Assembly (NCBI RefSeq): GCF_009914755.1
Contig: NC_060926.1
From: the human T2T-CHM13v2.0 reference genome, Homo sapiens
DNA length: 64,000 nt
Reading direction: 5' to 3' (one strand)
The notes under the pieces are model-generated. The model was not told where the DNA came from and ran no database searches. It worked only from the letters and a program-made list of their open reading frames with translations. Made by a program: the position numbers and the translations under genes. This document shows, piece by piece, positions 43,791-60,397 of this stretch (positions within the stretch are counted from its first letter, which is position 1; the number at the start of each line of letters is the position of its first letter).

Positions 43791-45216
43791 GTGAGTGCCC
43801 AGGTAGGCGCGGGCGGGGCCGTCTGGACAGCTCCCGAGGGCGCGCGGGGCAGGCGGGCGGACGGGCGGGCATCCCGGGCCCGGCGACTGCGGGCGGCCAC
43901 CTACTCGAGCCCTGCATGTCAGACTTGGGCTGGATTCTCAGAGAGAAGCCTTAGCATTCTCATCCAGGCCATCTCTGACCTGCCTTCAGATCCCCTTCCA
44001 CTTTGCTCATTTCCTTGCAAGGTCTAGGGTTATGACAGAGCTTGCCATGTTCGCCTTTGGCTTCCTTAGTAACAGAAATAAGCATGGAGGGGCTTCTGCA
44101 GTGATCTAGCCCTGTCCTAGGCGCCATGGGAGCTTACAGTGGAAATGCAGGAACATTCTCCGCTGCAGAGAGTCTGATAACCTCGGTCCTTAGATACACA
44201 AAAACACCCCAGTGTGCTAATATTACCCAGAGCATCAAAAAGGCATGCAAGGATCAAATTTTGCATGGTTCCTGCTGAGTGTAAAGGAAAGCACTAAGCC
44301 ATTTTCTCTGCCCTCTAGAAGCTTATAATGTACAGTCCTATCACAAAGCAGAATAAAAACATGAAACCTATAAATGGGAATGCCATAAAGTATTTTTATC
44401 TCTACAGGTTCATTCATGCAGAGGGCATTTATTGGGTGACTGCAGTACTGCAAAAGGTTGCAAAGGAAATGGAAGATCTGGTCCCTGCAGGTTGGGAGTT
44501 TACAATCTAATTAGAAATACAAGGCATATATACGTGAAAAAACTAGAATCCCCAGCTGTAAGCAAAAGGATGGAGTAGGTGGGAGCATTTTTTTCATAAA
44601 GAGAGCTTTGTACCTGTATGATTGGTGAGGAGCAGGAGAGGCAAGTTCAGTACCAATCAAGGCAAGAGCACCTATATGTATCCCTGCTCTATAGAATGAT
44701 GTAACAGGGCCCTCATTGTCACTTGGCTGAAGTGTCAGCTCTGCCACTTACAAACTGTTTTGAACTGGGGCACATTTTTAACCTAAGAAGGGAATACAGG
44801 TTGTCTCGTGAGGTGGTTGTGCAGTTCAAATGAGATTACAAACGTGAAAGCTTGTGAAGCTCAATGATGTACATTCATGGAGTCCTCATTGTACAAACTG
44901 GCCCTTCTTGGTAACCTTTAGAGTTCCCTCCCAGGCTGTAAGCTGCAAGAGGGCAGGGACCAGGTCTGATTGTATTCATCATGTATCACAATGTTTAGCA
45001 GAAGGGTTCATGTGGGTGTTCAATAAAGTTTTGCTGAGTAGGTAAATAAATGAATTAATGAATCCTGTTATGCTCTGAACAGTTCCCATTATTTGTTCCT
45101 TAAGCAGTTCCTTCAATACTGGTCTTATTGTATGGCTGGCTCAGTGAAAAACACTCTAACTCAACCTCCTGTGACTTACTAGTGTGCCAGGAGACTGGGA
45201 GAATTCTGGATGGTAC

Positions 45217-45810
45217 TGTCAGAGGCATTCAAACCAGAGAAACTCCATTTTGAATGAGGGCTAGGAAAATGAGACTGAGACTGGCTGGGCTGCATTCTCG
45301 GGAAGTTAGGCTTTCTTAGCCTCTAGATGTTTACAGCTAAGGGAACAAATTAATAGTGTTTACTAAACAAACCCAGACTTGGGAGTGTCCAGATATCCCG
45401 ATATCTGGAGAACAAAGGCATTCCTAATTTTGCTTTAAAGATAATATTGATTCTTGCAAAATATAGTAATTTATTTATTTATCACAAACTCTTGTAGCAG
45501 AGCACATCTCCCTATATATACGAGCGATGTACCTAGCATGGAATCGTTCCTCCTCTTACTTTCGGCAACATCCTACTTTGTCTATGGAGTAGGTGTCCTT
45601 TCACCACTTTACTTTCTTAATAAACTGGCTTTTACTTTACACTGCGGACTCGCCCTGAATTCTTTCTTGCGTGAGATCCAAGAACCCTCTCTTGGGGTCT
45701 GGATTGGGACCCCTGCCCTAAAACATATTCCTGGCAACCACAGAAGGGACTTTAGTGCAGAAACCCTGACCCAACGGCTACCTTTGGGTAAGTGTTGGGG
45801 TCCTGTAACA
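45217..45810 (+). mobile_element. MER41-family (C/D-like) LTR with PBS/leader extension
   Basis: TGTCAGAGGCATTCAAACCAGAG...; AATAAA 45619; PBS-like TGGCAACCACAGAAGGGA 45732-45749; ends TCCTGTAACA; 4-bp TSD GTAC. Confidence 0.88.
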
Positions 45811-45832
45811 GTACTTGTGGCCTTTCGACATA

Positions 45833-45834
<2 letters not shown>

Positions 45835-45870
<36 letters not shown>
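45835..45870. repeat. (GT)18 microsatellite
   Basis: Direct reading. Confidence 0.97.
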
Positions 45871-45873
<3 letters not shown>

Positions 45874-45974
45874 GCAAGAGGCAAAAGGCTCCTCCACTCC
45901 TCCAGCAGGATACAGCCTTCCACACAAGCCCTGTGCACACAAGGATACAGCCCTTTGGCTTGGACACCTTAATC

Positions 45975-46191
45975 CGGGGTTTCTCAACCTTAGCACTATT
46001 GACATTTTTGGCTGGGTAATTGTTGTGAATGCTGTCCTGTGCATTGTAAGATGTTTAGCAGCATCCTTGACCTCTACTTACTAACTGCCAGAACACCCTC
46101 CCGCCACAGTTGTGACAACCAAAAATGTCTCCAGACAGTGCCAAATATTTTCTGGGAGGGGGTGCCAAACTACCTCCTGTTGAGAACCACA
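45975..46191 (+). mobile_element. MER20 DNA transposon
   Basis: TTTCTCAACCTTAGCACTATTGACATTT...GTGACAACCAAAAATGTCTCCAGACA...GTTGAGAACCAC. Confidence 0.9.
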
Positions 46192-46660
46192 ACCTTACTC
46201 TAATTCATTGATTGAACTCTGGTGGAAAATCACACCAGTAAAGTTACTTGGAGGAAATATATCTTCTGTTATTCTAAGATTTTCAGATCTCCTCAATCAT
46301 ATGTTTCAAGGAGCACGACTCTTGCTAATTAATTGCCTGCTGCATTGTGAATTGGCATCTCTTCTGTTTTCTGCATATCCTCCTCCTTTACGCCCAGATC
46401 AACATGTTCATTTCTAAAAGTCAACAGCTTTCAAAAACTATTAGGAAACAGGGTCTTGAGCAACCTAAGAGTCCTGTATGATATTTTTCTATAAAATTGG
46501 GGGAATTTATTTTATAAATAAATAAATTATAAATTTTATAAATAAAAACAGCTTCTCTGTTACAGTGTGTTAAGCTTTTAGACTTACAAACAATAACCAC
46601 ATCCTCTTTGTACTGAGATTGTAAGTGATACGATAAGTAAGTCATAATTTTTAAAAATTA

Positions 46661-47101
<441 letters not shown>

Positions 47102-48379
47102 TTAATTATCAACTTCCAGAAGCAAATTCTTCAGAATATTGGTGGGATATTTGACAGCTGGTGATAATTCATGAAAATCCTGATGGATTGATGTGCTGTT
47201 CAACTAATAAAGGTTTCTTGAAGAAAAATAAAGATTAATAGTGGAAGGAAGGAACAAACAAATCCAGATAAGTCTGTTCACTAAGTAATGGGCATGTAGA
47301 ACCAAAAAAAAAAAAAATCGCTGCTTATAGAAGACAATAGTACCATGTTTGTGATGTGAACAGACACTTTTGTTGAGCAAACAATATCGTCCGTCTCATT
47401 AAATAAGGTTATTTGAAGCATAGGTTTTATAGTTTTGTTTTTATTTAGCTTTAGTTTCATAGTTGTATAATGGTTACAATACATGCAGATGAGTTTATAC
47501 AGTAGGCATCCATACAGCCTAGAAAAACAGCAAAGGTTGAGGGTTGAATGTGGTATATGGTAAAATAATTTTCCAATTTCTGTTTTGTTAGACTAGAATA
47601 ATGACTTATATATACTCCTAGGGAGATCTCCAGGTTCTCTATGAATTCTTGAAATTTGTGCTTTTGCGTCAATCACAATGTTTTTACAACAATATATTAA
47701 AGAATTTAATATTGGGTATATTGTGGATCATATGAGTGTCTACCGTGCAACCATGACCCCATTGTCTTTTTTGCTATGTGCCTAAAAGGACATGCACCTT
47801 ATTTAAATGATGTTTTAATAAAAATAAGGCATTACTGAAGGTTCATGGTCCTTTTTTTTAAAAGGTACATACATTTTAAAGCTGTGTATATCAGTCAAAT
47901 GTGAGAAATACTAGCCCAGATGCATCATAACTGTTCTTGGAGAAAAATGAATTATAAGGCCTTGAGATCTTAAATTTAGTCCTAATCCTGAGGCCCTAAG
48001 AAACCAATATTATATTCTAAAGATCTAAGCAACTCGATCAAAATAGTAGGGGGTGGAAGAGAAAATCATAAGCAGAAAGGATCACTAAAAGTCGTGTCTG
48101 ACTTGGCACCCTTTTTCTCAAAAGGTAAACATTTAAACCAGTCAGGACAGACATTTGTTTATCTTCCAAGTTAAACTTTCCCAGGTGTATCAATGACTCA
48201 TTAATTGTGCATTTCATATAAGAGTTCACTGGCCACCTACCATATTCTGGGAACTGTGAGAGTTATACACAGAGTCCTCAAGCTGCCTATAGTTGAAATG
48301 GGTGTCAATGCAGTCACTCCTGGCATAGGAGGCTACGTACAAACCACTGTGTGACTATGGGCCAACAGTGTGATATAAG

Positions 48380-49750
<1,371 letters not shown>

Positions 49751-50795
49751 TATAAAAATAGAAATGCACATATTTTTAAAGGGTCTGACAATCATGGGAC
49801 AAGACCTAACCGGTGAGGAATGCATATGGATTTTTATCTGTGAAGTGGGAGGTGCGGTGTTGTGAATGGAATTCAAATTTGACATTTTTGTTCTCCGGTA
49901 GTAAGTCCATCTCTTTCAGAAGAAATTTTTTCAAAGAACTCATAGAGCTTTGACTTGCTTCTTTGCCTGCATCTCAGGCTCTTTGTGACAACCTCCTTGT
50001 AGCCTCGAGGGATAGATGCCCATCGGGACTGTCCATGGTCTTGCTCACATTCTGAAGCTCCTTGAGTTTCTAATTTACTTAACTACTGTTAATTTAGCTA
50101 CATTGTTGAGATGTGGATTTTAAAAGCTAGTCCCATGGCGGGAAGATCAAATTAATTTCTTCCTCAAATTAAACAAATGCATTTCAAATATAACTGTGTG
50201 GCTCTTGGTAGAACCCAGCACTACAGTGGCTTTTCAGTTTTAGGAAGCATTCTTTTTCCTGATGGGTCCTCTGAGCAATGGCATCATGAAGACATTTTCA
50301 TGGATAAGAAATCAGATTAATTTTCTAAGTCCTAATGTAGCCCCATTCTACCAATATCTAAAATCCAAAGGCTTCCTTTTTATTAACCTACTTTTGTTCA
50401 GTGAAACTCCAGAGAGCAACTGCTAAGGTTAATTACATATATGTAGTGGAGAACTAGCTGTGTGACCCTAGGCAAGTAACTTCAGATTTCAGAGCCTAGT
50501 TTTTCCTCAGGTGTAGAGTGAGGGGTGGGTTGCACCTTGGAGGTCTCTGCATTTTGAAATTCCTCAAGTTAAGTTGGAAATCGTAGGAAGTTAATTGTTT
50601 GACATTGCTGATACTGCATTTGACGTTTCTGAGGAAGAAGAGCTTAAGATTTCTAGGAACTTAGTGAAGACCAGTGTTACTAGAGTGAAGTGAGCATGTG
50701 GTGAAATGGCCATGGAGGAGGATGAAGTAGCCTAGCCAAATTATGCAGGTCGCACAAGTCACCATCAAGGGAAGTGATTAAAAGGGTTTAAGTGA

Positions 50796-51954
<1,159 letters not shown>

Positions 51955-52469
51955 CACAAAAGGATATATTGTATAGTGAAAAATAAATTCCTGAACCACC
52001 ATTGTTTCCCAACTACTGATTTCCCTCTCAATAATGCCAGCTTCCATGTATCCTTAAAGAGATGTTCTAGACATATGAAAGTACACATGTATTCTCTTTT
52101 GTCTTAACACAGATGGTAACATGCTATCCACACTCTTCTATCCTTTGCTTTCTTTTTAAAATTAAACCTAAAAGTTTATCTTGAAGATTAGTAGTTCTCC
52201 ATTGATAAACAGTCTTCATCATTTCAACACAGTTGTTACATCCAAGTGTGTACTGTTGTTATAGTGCCACCTCCCTCAAGGAAGCACAGAACTCTAGACT
52301 TGGAAGCGACAGAAGATCTTATTTAGTCCCAGTCTGCCTTTTACACAGAAAAAGTTTGTTCCTGAAAATCCATGTGACTCTTCAGATTCCATAGCTAGTT
52401 AAGGCAAGGCTGGAACTAGAACTTGGTTCTTCTGTGATTATAAAGTTATACATGTTGTAATAAAAAATA

Positions 52470-52632
52470 CTTTTTTGTTGTTTTAGAGACAGAATCTCAC
52501 TCTGTAGCCCAGACTGGAGTGCAGTGGTGCTATCATAGCTCACTGTAGCTGTGAACCCCTAACCTCAAGTTATCCTCCCAATTCAGCCTCCCAAAACCCT
52601 GGGATCACAGGCAAGAGCCACTGTGCCTGGGC
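52470..52632 (-). mobile_element. Alu monomer (FLAM/FRAM-like)
   Basis: Single arm with TSD TAAAAATACTTTTT. Confidence 0.8.
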
Positions 52633-52776
52633 TAAAAATACTTTTTAAATGGTATGCCTGGTAAGATTTAATTTTTATTCTTTAAACAACCATATATGAT
52701 GCACACAAATGAGCTTGGAGGGCTATTTGCCAAGATGCTGACAGTGGTAATCTTGGGATGATGGCAGTGCTGGTGA

Positions 52777-53380
<604 letters not shown>

Positions 53381-53500
53381 ATGTTTTTTATTCATATCTT
53401 GTATTTCCTAAAATTCTTGCAATAATTGTTACTTTTATAATAAAAATAAACATCTGTTACAAATAAAGTTAATGCAACATATACTATAAAAATAAACATA

Positions 53501-53857
53501 GGCTGTGCACAGAGGTTCATTCCTGTAATCCCAACACTTTGGGAGGCTAAAGAGGGAGGACTATCCTGTAATCCCAACACTTTGGGAGGCTGAAGAGGGA
53601 GGACTATTTCAGATCAGGAGTTCAAGACCAGCCTGGGCAATATAGTGAGACCCCTATATCTTTGAAAAAAGAAAAAGAAAATTAGCCGGGTGTGGTGGCA
53701 CATACCTGTAGTCTCAGCTACGCAGGAGGCTGAGAGGCTGAGGCAGGAGGATTGCTTGAGCCCAAGAGTTCAAGGCTGCAGTGAGCCAAAATCGTGCCAC
53801 TAGACACCAGTCTGAGCAACAGGGTGGGACCCTGTCTCAAAAAAAAAAAAAAAAAAA
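53501..53857 (+). mobile_element. AluJ with internal 43-bp tandem duplication
   Basis: Alu consensus; duplicated TCCTGTAATCCCAACACTTTGGGAGGCTRAAGAGGGAGGACTA. Confidence 0.92.
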
Positions 53858-54086
53858 GAGAAAAGTATTTCAATAAAGGTAAAACTGATTTTACTGTCCA
53901 ATGTAAATAGATATAATATTTTAGATAAATTTATCTTGCTTTTTTCATTATTCATATGTTATATATAAATATAAATATAAATACACATGGTTTTCTGTGA
54001 CTCTTCTAGTTTTATTGTGAGCATTGTCCCAGATCATTAGATAGTCTATGAGAGTACGATGATGGGGAATGTCATCATCTCCTTAG

Positions 54087-54439
<353 letters not shown>

Positions 54440-56133
54440 TAACAGGAACTCTCTCCAGTGGCTTGTCCATCTTACCACATCATCTTTGTCACCACACCTT
54501 CTATTATCGTTGCCAGTTTGGAAATTTTAAAAGTTAGCTACTTCAATCTGAATATATGATTGCTGATGAGATTGTAACTTGTTCATAAATATATGTTAGC
54601 TGTTTATTTTTCTAATTTTCTTTTTCATTAAAGCCCTTTGCCTACTGTTCCATTAGCACTTTAGTATTATTTTTATTGAAAATAGTATAAAGAGGTTTGG
54701 GTTTTTTTCCTGCTGAGGAATGACCAGGTAGAAATTCTAATCTGCAAACAACTTTTAAAGATTATCTTAGTTTCCACTTGTTATTTTTCCCATCTTTGCA
54801 GTGGGGCTGGCTGCCTTTCTCTTGGGAACTCTTTTCATTTCTATTGTACTGAAGGAGTCACCAGTGATGAGGGAGGGAACAGTCTGAAAAGTTTGTTTTA
54901 TTTTGATAAAATGGTTGTTTGCCAATTATATTCTAAAGCTCCCAAAATAATATTGTATATACTATCAATAATATAAAAACTGCATTAAGTAATGTTTGAT
55001 TTTCCTAAGTAACCATAAAAATTGTGTTCAACCAAATTCATCTATCCCTATCAAGGTTAACATCAACACCAAGCCAAATAGTACTAGACTATAAAATGCA
55101 CCAAATCTTGCTTTACTTTTCTCTTTGACAAACATGAGTTTTTAAACCAATGAACGGTCTGAAGTTTGACTATGACTCAGTTCCTCCTAGTGCTCTACAA
55201 CAGAGTACAAAAGGTTACCAAATCCTCCAGTTTCTGACACAGAAATCCAATTTGGAATGAAGGAAATAAACGTCCCACTCTTTAACAGCTAAAGATGTTA
55301 CTGATGACATCTAAGAATTTGGAGTTTCAAAATGTGAATTGTGAAAACATTTGAATCTCTTCATAATGGAAAGGACTTGGAAATGGAAAAGAAATACGCA
55401 TACTTGAAGGAAAAAAATTGTTGGTGCCAGTGATTATTCCTAGATAGAAAATGGCCACATAATCTATTTGGTGAAAAAGGAGAAGAAAAAGGCAATTTAT
55501 TGATCTGGATGAACATGTTCCATACAACCTCTCGTAGAGATGAGATGAGCTTTTAATTGGAAAAGCTTGCTCTGTTGCTGCTAAAGGTCAGAAGTTCCCT
55601 GTTGGCGAATCAAGTGCGGATTTGTTGGCAAATCAAGTGTTCATCGGAAGTTTTTCTGCAGTGAATTGTCTGCTTCCACTTGATTCTCATTTAGATAGAT
55701 ATTAGGCACCAATGAAATTGAATAATCGTAACACAGTTTACTTAGATACTATTTGATCTTGAAAATAAAACAAAAATTGCTTTAGATGTTTACAATTATC
55801 ACTACTCAGCCTTTGAAATAGAATGATTGAATTTTCTATTTTGAAGCAAATTTTGAACTAATTTAATACAGCCCTCAATTTTTTTGTGTGAATTTGATGA
55901 TATTAGGGTTTCTGTTTAATGAAGTTTCAAACATAAGCAAAAAGAGAAAAAATAGCATAATGAATGCCAGGTATCTATCACCAGGTTGAACAACAATCAA
56001 TATCAAGCCAGAATTGATTTACTTGATTTGTCTGTTTCCCACTTTCTTTTTTTTTTTAAAGTATTTTAATATAAAGTTCAGCCATCATGTGATTCCATCC
56101 CAACATCTTTCACTAAGCATCTCTAAAACATAT

Positions 56134-56434
56134 GGACACCTGGGTGCCATGGCTCCCACCTGTAATCCCAGAACTTTGGGAGACCAAGATGGGCAGATCC
56201 CTTGAGACCAGGAGTTCAAGACGAGCCTGGCCAACATAGCGAAACCCCATCTCTGCTAAAAATACAAAAAATTAGCTGAGTGTGGTGGTGCACACCTGTA
56301 GTCCCAGCTACTTGGAGGCTGAGGCATGAGAATCACTTATACTGGGGAGGTGAAGGTTGCAGTGAGCCAAGATAGGGCCACTGTGCACTCCAGCCTGGGT
56401 GACAGAGCAAGACATTATCTTAATAAATAAGTAA

Positions 56435-56465
<31 letters not shown>

Positions 56466-56466
56466 A
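56134..56466 (+). mobile_element. Alu (J/S) with (AATA)n tail, inserted in an old L1M fragment
   Basis: Alu consensus; TSD-like CATATGGACA/CATGTAGACA. Confidence 0.88.
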
Positions 56467-59344
56467 CAAGCATGTAGACATTTTCTTACACAACCATAAT
56501 GCTATTATCACATCTAATAAAATTAATGATTCTTTGGTATCCTCTAATCTCCAGTTCAGATTCTAATTGCCTGAATATTCTCAGAAAAGTCTTCTGTCAA
56601 ATCAGACTCCAGACAATGACCACTTATCGCATTTATCTGTTTGGCCTTTTAGGTCTCTTTTAACTTTGAGATCAGTTAGTCCTCCCTATTCCCCTAACCC
56701 TACCCATTTTTGTTGTTGTTGTTGATGATGATGATCATGATGGCAATGCCACTGACTTGATGAAACCAGGTCAGGGGACTCCACCTCCATTTTACTTTTT
56801 TTTTTTCAATTACTGAAGAAATAGAGGCTTAAAGTTTGAATGAATTCCTCCAAAAGAGTAGTTACCCAATGCAGAGTAGAATTCAGGTTTTCTAATTCCA
56901 TTCTATCATGCTCTTTTCTATAATATATCATATTGCCATGCCATAATTTTACAATATCTATGATTTTAGTGCTATGGTGGTTCAGAATATATTAAACACA
57001 TTTTAAACTCTCCTTCTTCCATATTTGTTTACATTTACAATTCCTAGTTTTTTCCAAAAGGTAGTCGGGATTTAGAATTTGCAGCTGGCTTTTCCCCAGA
57101 GCCTGACCCATTGAAGTTACTCTTTCAATGCTACTTTCTGAAAATATACCAAAATTGATAGAAAAACTTAAGTTTTCCAAGAACCCAAATAAAAAATCTC
57201 AGAGTAAATCAATAAAAAGTATTAGTGCTGTCACTCAGATTTTGTAGCAAGACTAATTAAAGAGTATGCACATACCCATGCACCAAAAATTAAGATTAAG
57301 CATTATCAACTTAGAAAAATTCAAAAACAAATGGGAGTTTTCATTGACTTACTGTATTCTATCTTAGTTAAGCAGGGCACATAGTTTTCTGTTGGTGATA
57401 CAATCAGTACATGAAATAAAGTATGGTGTGTGAAATAAAGCCTTTCCGTGTGCCCAGGAAGCACAAAAGTGGAAAGGACACAGAGGCATTGAGGAGAGAC
57501 AGCAAATCCTTCCTCATCCATTTCTTAAAGTCTCCAGAGAAGACAGGGAGAAGCACAAACTTAAATTCATTTAAATGGTTCTAGCTTTGCCCTTTTGGAC
57601 TTTAAGAAAATCAACCAACAAATTATTTTTTAAAAAAACAGTTTTAACTAACAACTTTTATTTGCATATGCTCTATTTTTTTTTTTTTTTTTTTGAGTCT
57701 GTGTTCTGGAATTCTGTTTGTTGCTTTCAAACACCACAACTTTCTCACGTAAAAATGAAAAATTCTTGGCCACACTTTTCCCCTCAGTCGTTATAAGGCT
57801 GTTAAACCAGGGATCACCTATCACTCCCTGGTGTGTGTTTGTTTCAATCCCCAGATATATTTTAAGAGATTTTAAAACATTATTTGTTATTGTGGAGTAG
57901 CTAATAGATTCTGTATGGTTGCTGCTGAATCTTTTTATTTCTTTGAGAAAGAAGGAGAAAAACCACATTGTTTTGAAAAACATGTTTTAAAAATAATTTT
58001 ATAGATTGCAGATTTTGTAAATGATCAGTTAATTGTTGGGAGGGGGTTCCCAACCTTGTTAATGTCCTCTTAGCATTAGGCTTTTGTTCCCCAGTATTGA
58101 ATATGTCATTTTCTCCCACAGACTGCATTTCTAGGGGTATAATTGCTGTCTCCATGTAAAAGACAACTCATGTGCATAAATTTCCACTCGCTGAAACAAG
58201 ACTCTGCCTCCCCTCATTTTAATGCAGATGTGATCCAGGGGGTAGAGTTACACTTACTTCCCCAAGCAAATGAAACAGATTACACATTAAATATTGTCTT
58301 TGGAACCAGGTGCACAGAAACAACCAATTACCTAGACAGCTCATCAAGGCCTGATATGTTTACCACATTGTTTTTGTTTTCTCTTTAAACACTTGGCGAA
58401 TTATTCTGAGGCTTTCATTTCTCTATAATGAACAGAATATGTTTATTAATAAAGGCCCCCTTTGTGTGATTCACTAACAGTTGACTCACAAAAGCCTTTA
58501 AAACCATGTTTGAAAGTTTCTGAACTGAACTTGAGTTCCTGAGAAGACAAAGCCTCATTACTACAAAGAAGATACTCTTCTGGTTCTTCTTGGCTAAATA
58601 ATTGATATCTAAAATGACTTAAAGGAGGGAAAGGGTCATTAATTTGTGAGGAAGAGAGAGAGAGTGGGGAAGGCATCTGTTCCCCCTTTAGATATGTTTT
58701 CATTGTTTGTAAAGGACAGTATCTATATAAATTTATGAGATTTTGGCCACTGCCAATTATATAATCTTGAATTTTTATGCATATCATTGTTTCTTTAGGG
58801 ATTTTAATTGGCCTAAAATGCAGATGAACTCAAGAGCTCTTTCAAGACTTGTTTGTGTTATTCTAAGAGACTTTTACCACTTCCTGAGGAGGGGCTGTTT
58901 CAGATTTCCACAAAGTCATTAACCTCCCAAAGAATGAGAATAATAAGTGGAGTGGCAGGGCCCCAAAGATGTAGTTGGTGCAAACTATCAGGAATGCTGG
59001 AGGCCAGGGCTTTGCAGTGGAGATGCCTGACAGTGAGCTGATGGAGGGAGGGTTGGCAATGGGGAACAGGGAAATGGTATCAGAGACCCCTCGGAAAGAC
59101 TTCATGGTAAATGGCTTGGAGATGAAACATCAGCTCTTTGAGTGGTTAAGCAGGACTGGCTTGCTGATAGAATCCCAAGCCCTTAAACCATTTATCCTCG
59201 TAGCTTCCTTTCAAAGTTGGGGGAGCTCTAAGAAAAGTAGGTAAAAATGTACAACAGAAAAAAATTCTGTATGTGTGTGCGTGCCGGATGGGGCCAGGGG
59301 AGAAACTGATTGTAAGACTTTTGGTTATCTGTTGTTATTTTTTA

Positions 59345-59480
59345 GAGTTTTTTATAGAGAGAGTTGGAGAAGGGTATTGCTGTGTTGCTCAAGCTGGTCT
59401 TAACTCCTGGCCTCAAGTGATCCTCTCATCTCAGCCTCCCAAGTAGCTGGGATTACAGGCACAAGCCACCATGCCCAGCC
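59345..59480 (-). mobile_element. FLAM/Alu monomer
   Basis: CTCCTGGCCTCAAGTGATCCTC...GGGATTACAGGCACAAGCCACCATGCCCAGCC. Confidence 0.85.
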
Positions 59481-59579
59481 CTTTGTTTTTCTTTTTGGTA
59501 AAGCAATTTAAGACATTCTAGAGAGGATGAAACTTCTAAATGTGAGAGTAGAAGAAGACTTTGAAATCATCAAGAATAC

Positions 59580-60170
59580 TGCAAGTTACTCTCGTACATT
59601 GTGGTCAAAGTGGAAGTTGATACAAGGTCCGTGGAAGGCAATTTTATATTCTCTTGCAAAATTATAAATTCACATACACTTTGACCTTGGAATTTCATTC
59701 TAGGAATATTTCCTACACATATACTCACCCAATTCTGAAATGACAGATGTGGGAGGTTTTCTTTGCAGCACTATATATAAAAGCAAAAGATTGAAAACAA
59801 CCTGCCTATCAATAGGATATTGAGTCAGTAAATTATGAAACATTCTTACAATGGAACACTATGAAGCTGCTTTTTAAAAATAATAATAATAATAAAGTTG
59901 TTTTCAATGTATCGATATGAACTGAGCTCCTCAATTAGCAGTAAGTAGGAAAAAGAATCCTGCAAGGTTCAGCAAAATAGATCGTATGCTACCATATGCT
60001 ATCATTTAAATAAAAAAAGAGATATACGTCTATGTTGGGTAGTATAATTGGACACAAATCCTCAGAAATGGATGGGGCTTTGAACAACGAGAAGGAAGGA
60101 AAGGACAGGGCAAGATGTTTCACTATTTTGAACAGAAAAAAAAGACTATGTGAACAAATTACCTATTCAA
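59580..60170 (+). mobile_element. L1ME fragment
   Basis: CACATACACTTTGACCTTGGAATTTCATTCTAGGAAT...GCAAAAGATTGAAAACAACC...CAATGGAACACTATG. Confidence 0.75.
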
Positions 60171-60244
60171 AAGTTGAGAAGAAGAAAAGGTTGTAGGGTC
60201 TGGAGCGAGGCAGTCCTGGTCTGTATACTAGTTCTAGCACCTTT

Positions 60245-60397
60245 CTTTATATATTTATGTATATATTATTATTATTATTTAGAGATGGAGTCTCACTGTG
60301 TTTCCCAGGCAAAGCTTGAATTCCTAGGCTCAACCAGTCCACCCACCTCAGCCTTGTGAGTAGCTGGGACTACAGGCACGTGCCACCATGCCCATCC
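60245..60397 (-). mobile_element. Alu monomer inserted into a MIR
   Basis: Antisense Alu arm, TSD-like GTTCTAGCAC; MIR core follows (CTGTAAAGTGGAG...TACCTGCCTCAT). Confidence 0.75.

Larger units (their letters stand above)
42620..43950. promoter_or_regulatory. ACVR1: CpG island / bidirectional promoter of ACVR1
   Basis: Very GC- and CpG-rich; many GGGCGG boxes, AGGAAGTG (43441), CCAAT (43465), no TATA; splice donors on both strands. Confidence 0.95.

Noticed and set aside
43580-43830. BMP-responsive element suggesting ACVR1 autoregulation (GGCGCC at 43589, GTCT at 43661 and 43821)
   Set aside because: None has the GRCGNC-N5-GTCT spacing, and these short words are expected by chance in a CpG island.
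42664-44027. Long overlapping ORFs (136-261 aa) on both strands of the CpG island
   Set aside because: Low-complexity Gly/Ala/Arg/Pro translations open in nearly all frames because GC-rich DNA lacks stop codons. No domain is recognisable and the region reads as 5'-UTR/promoter.
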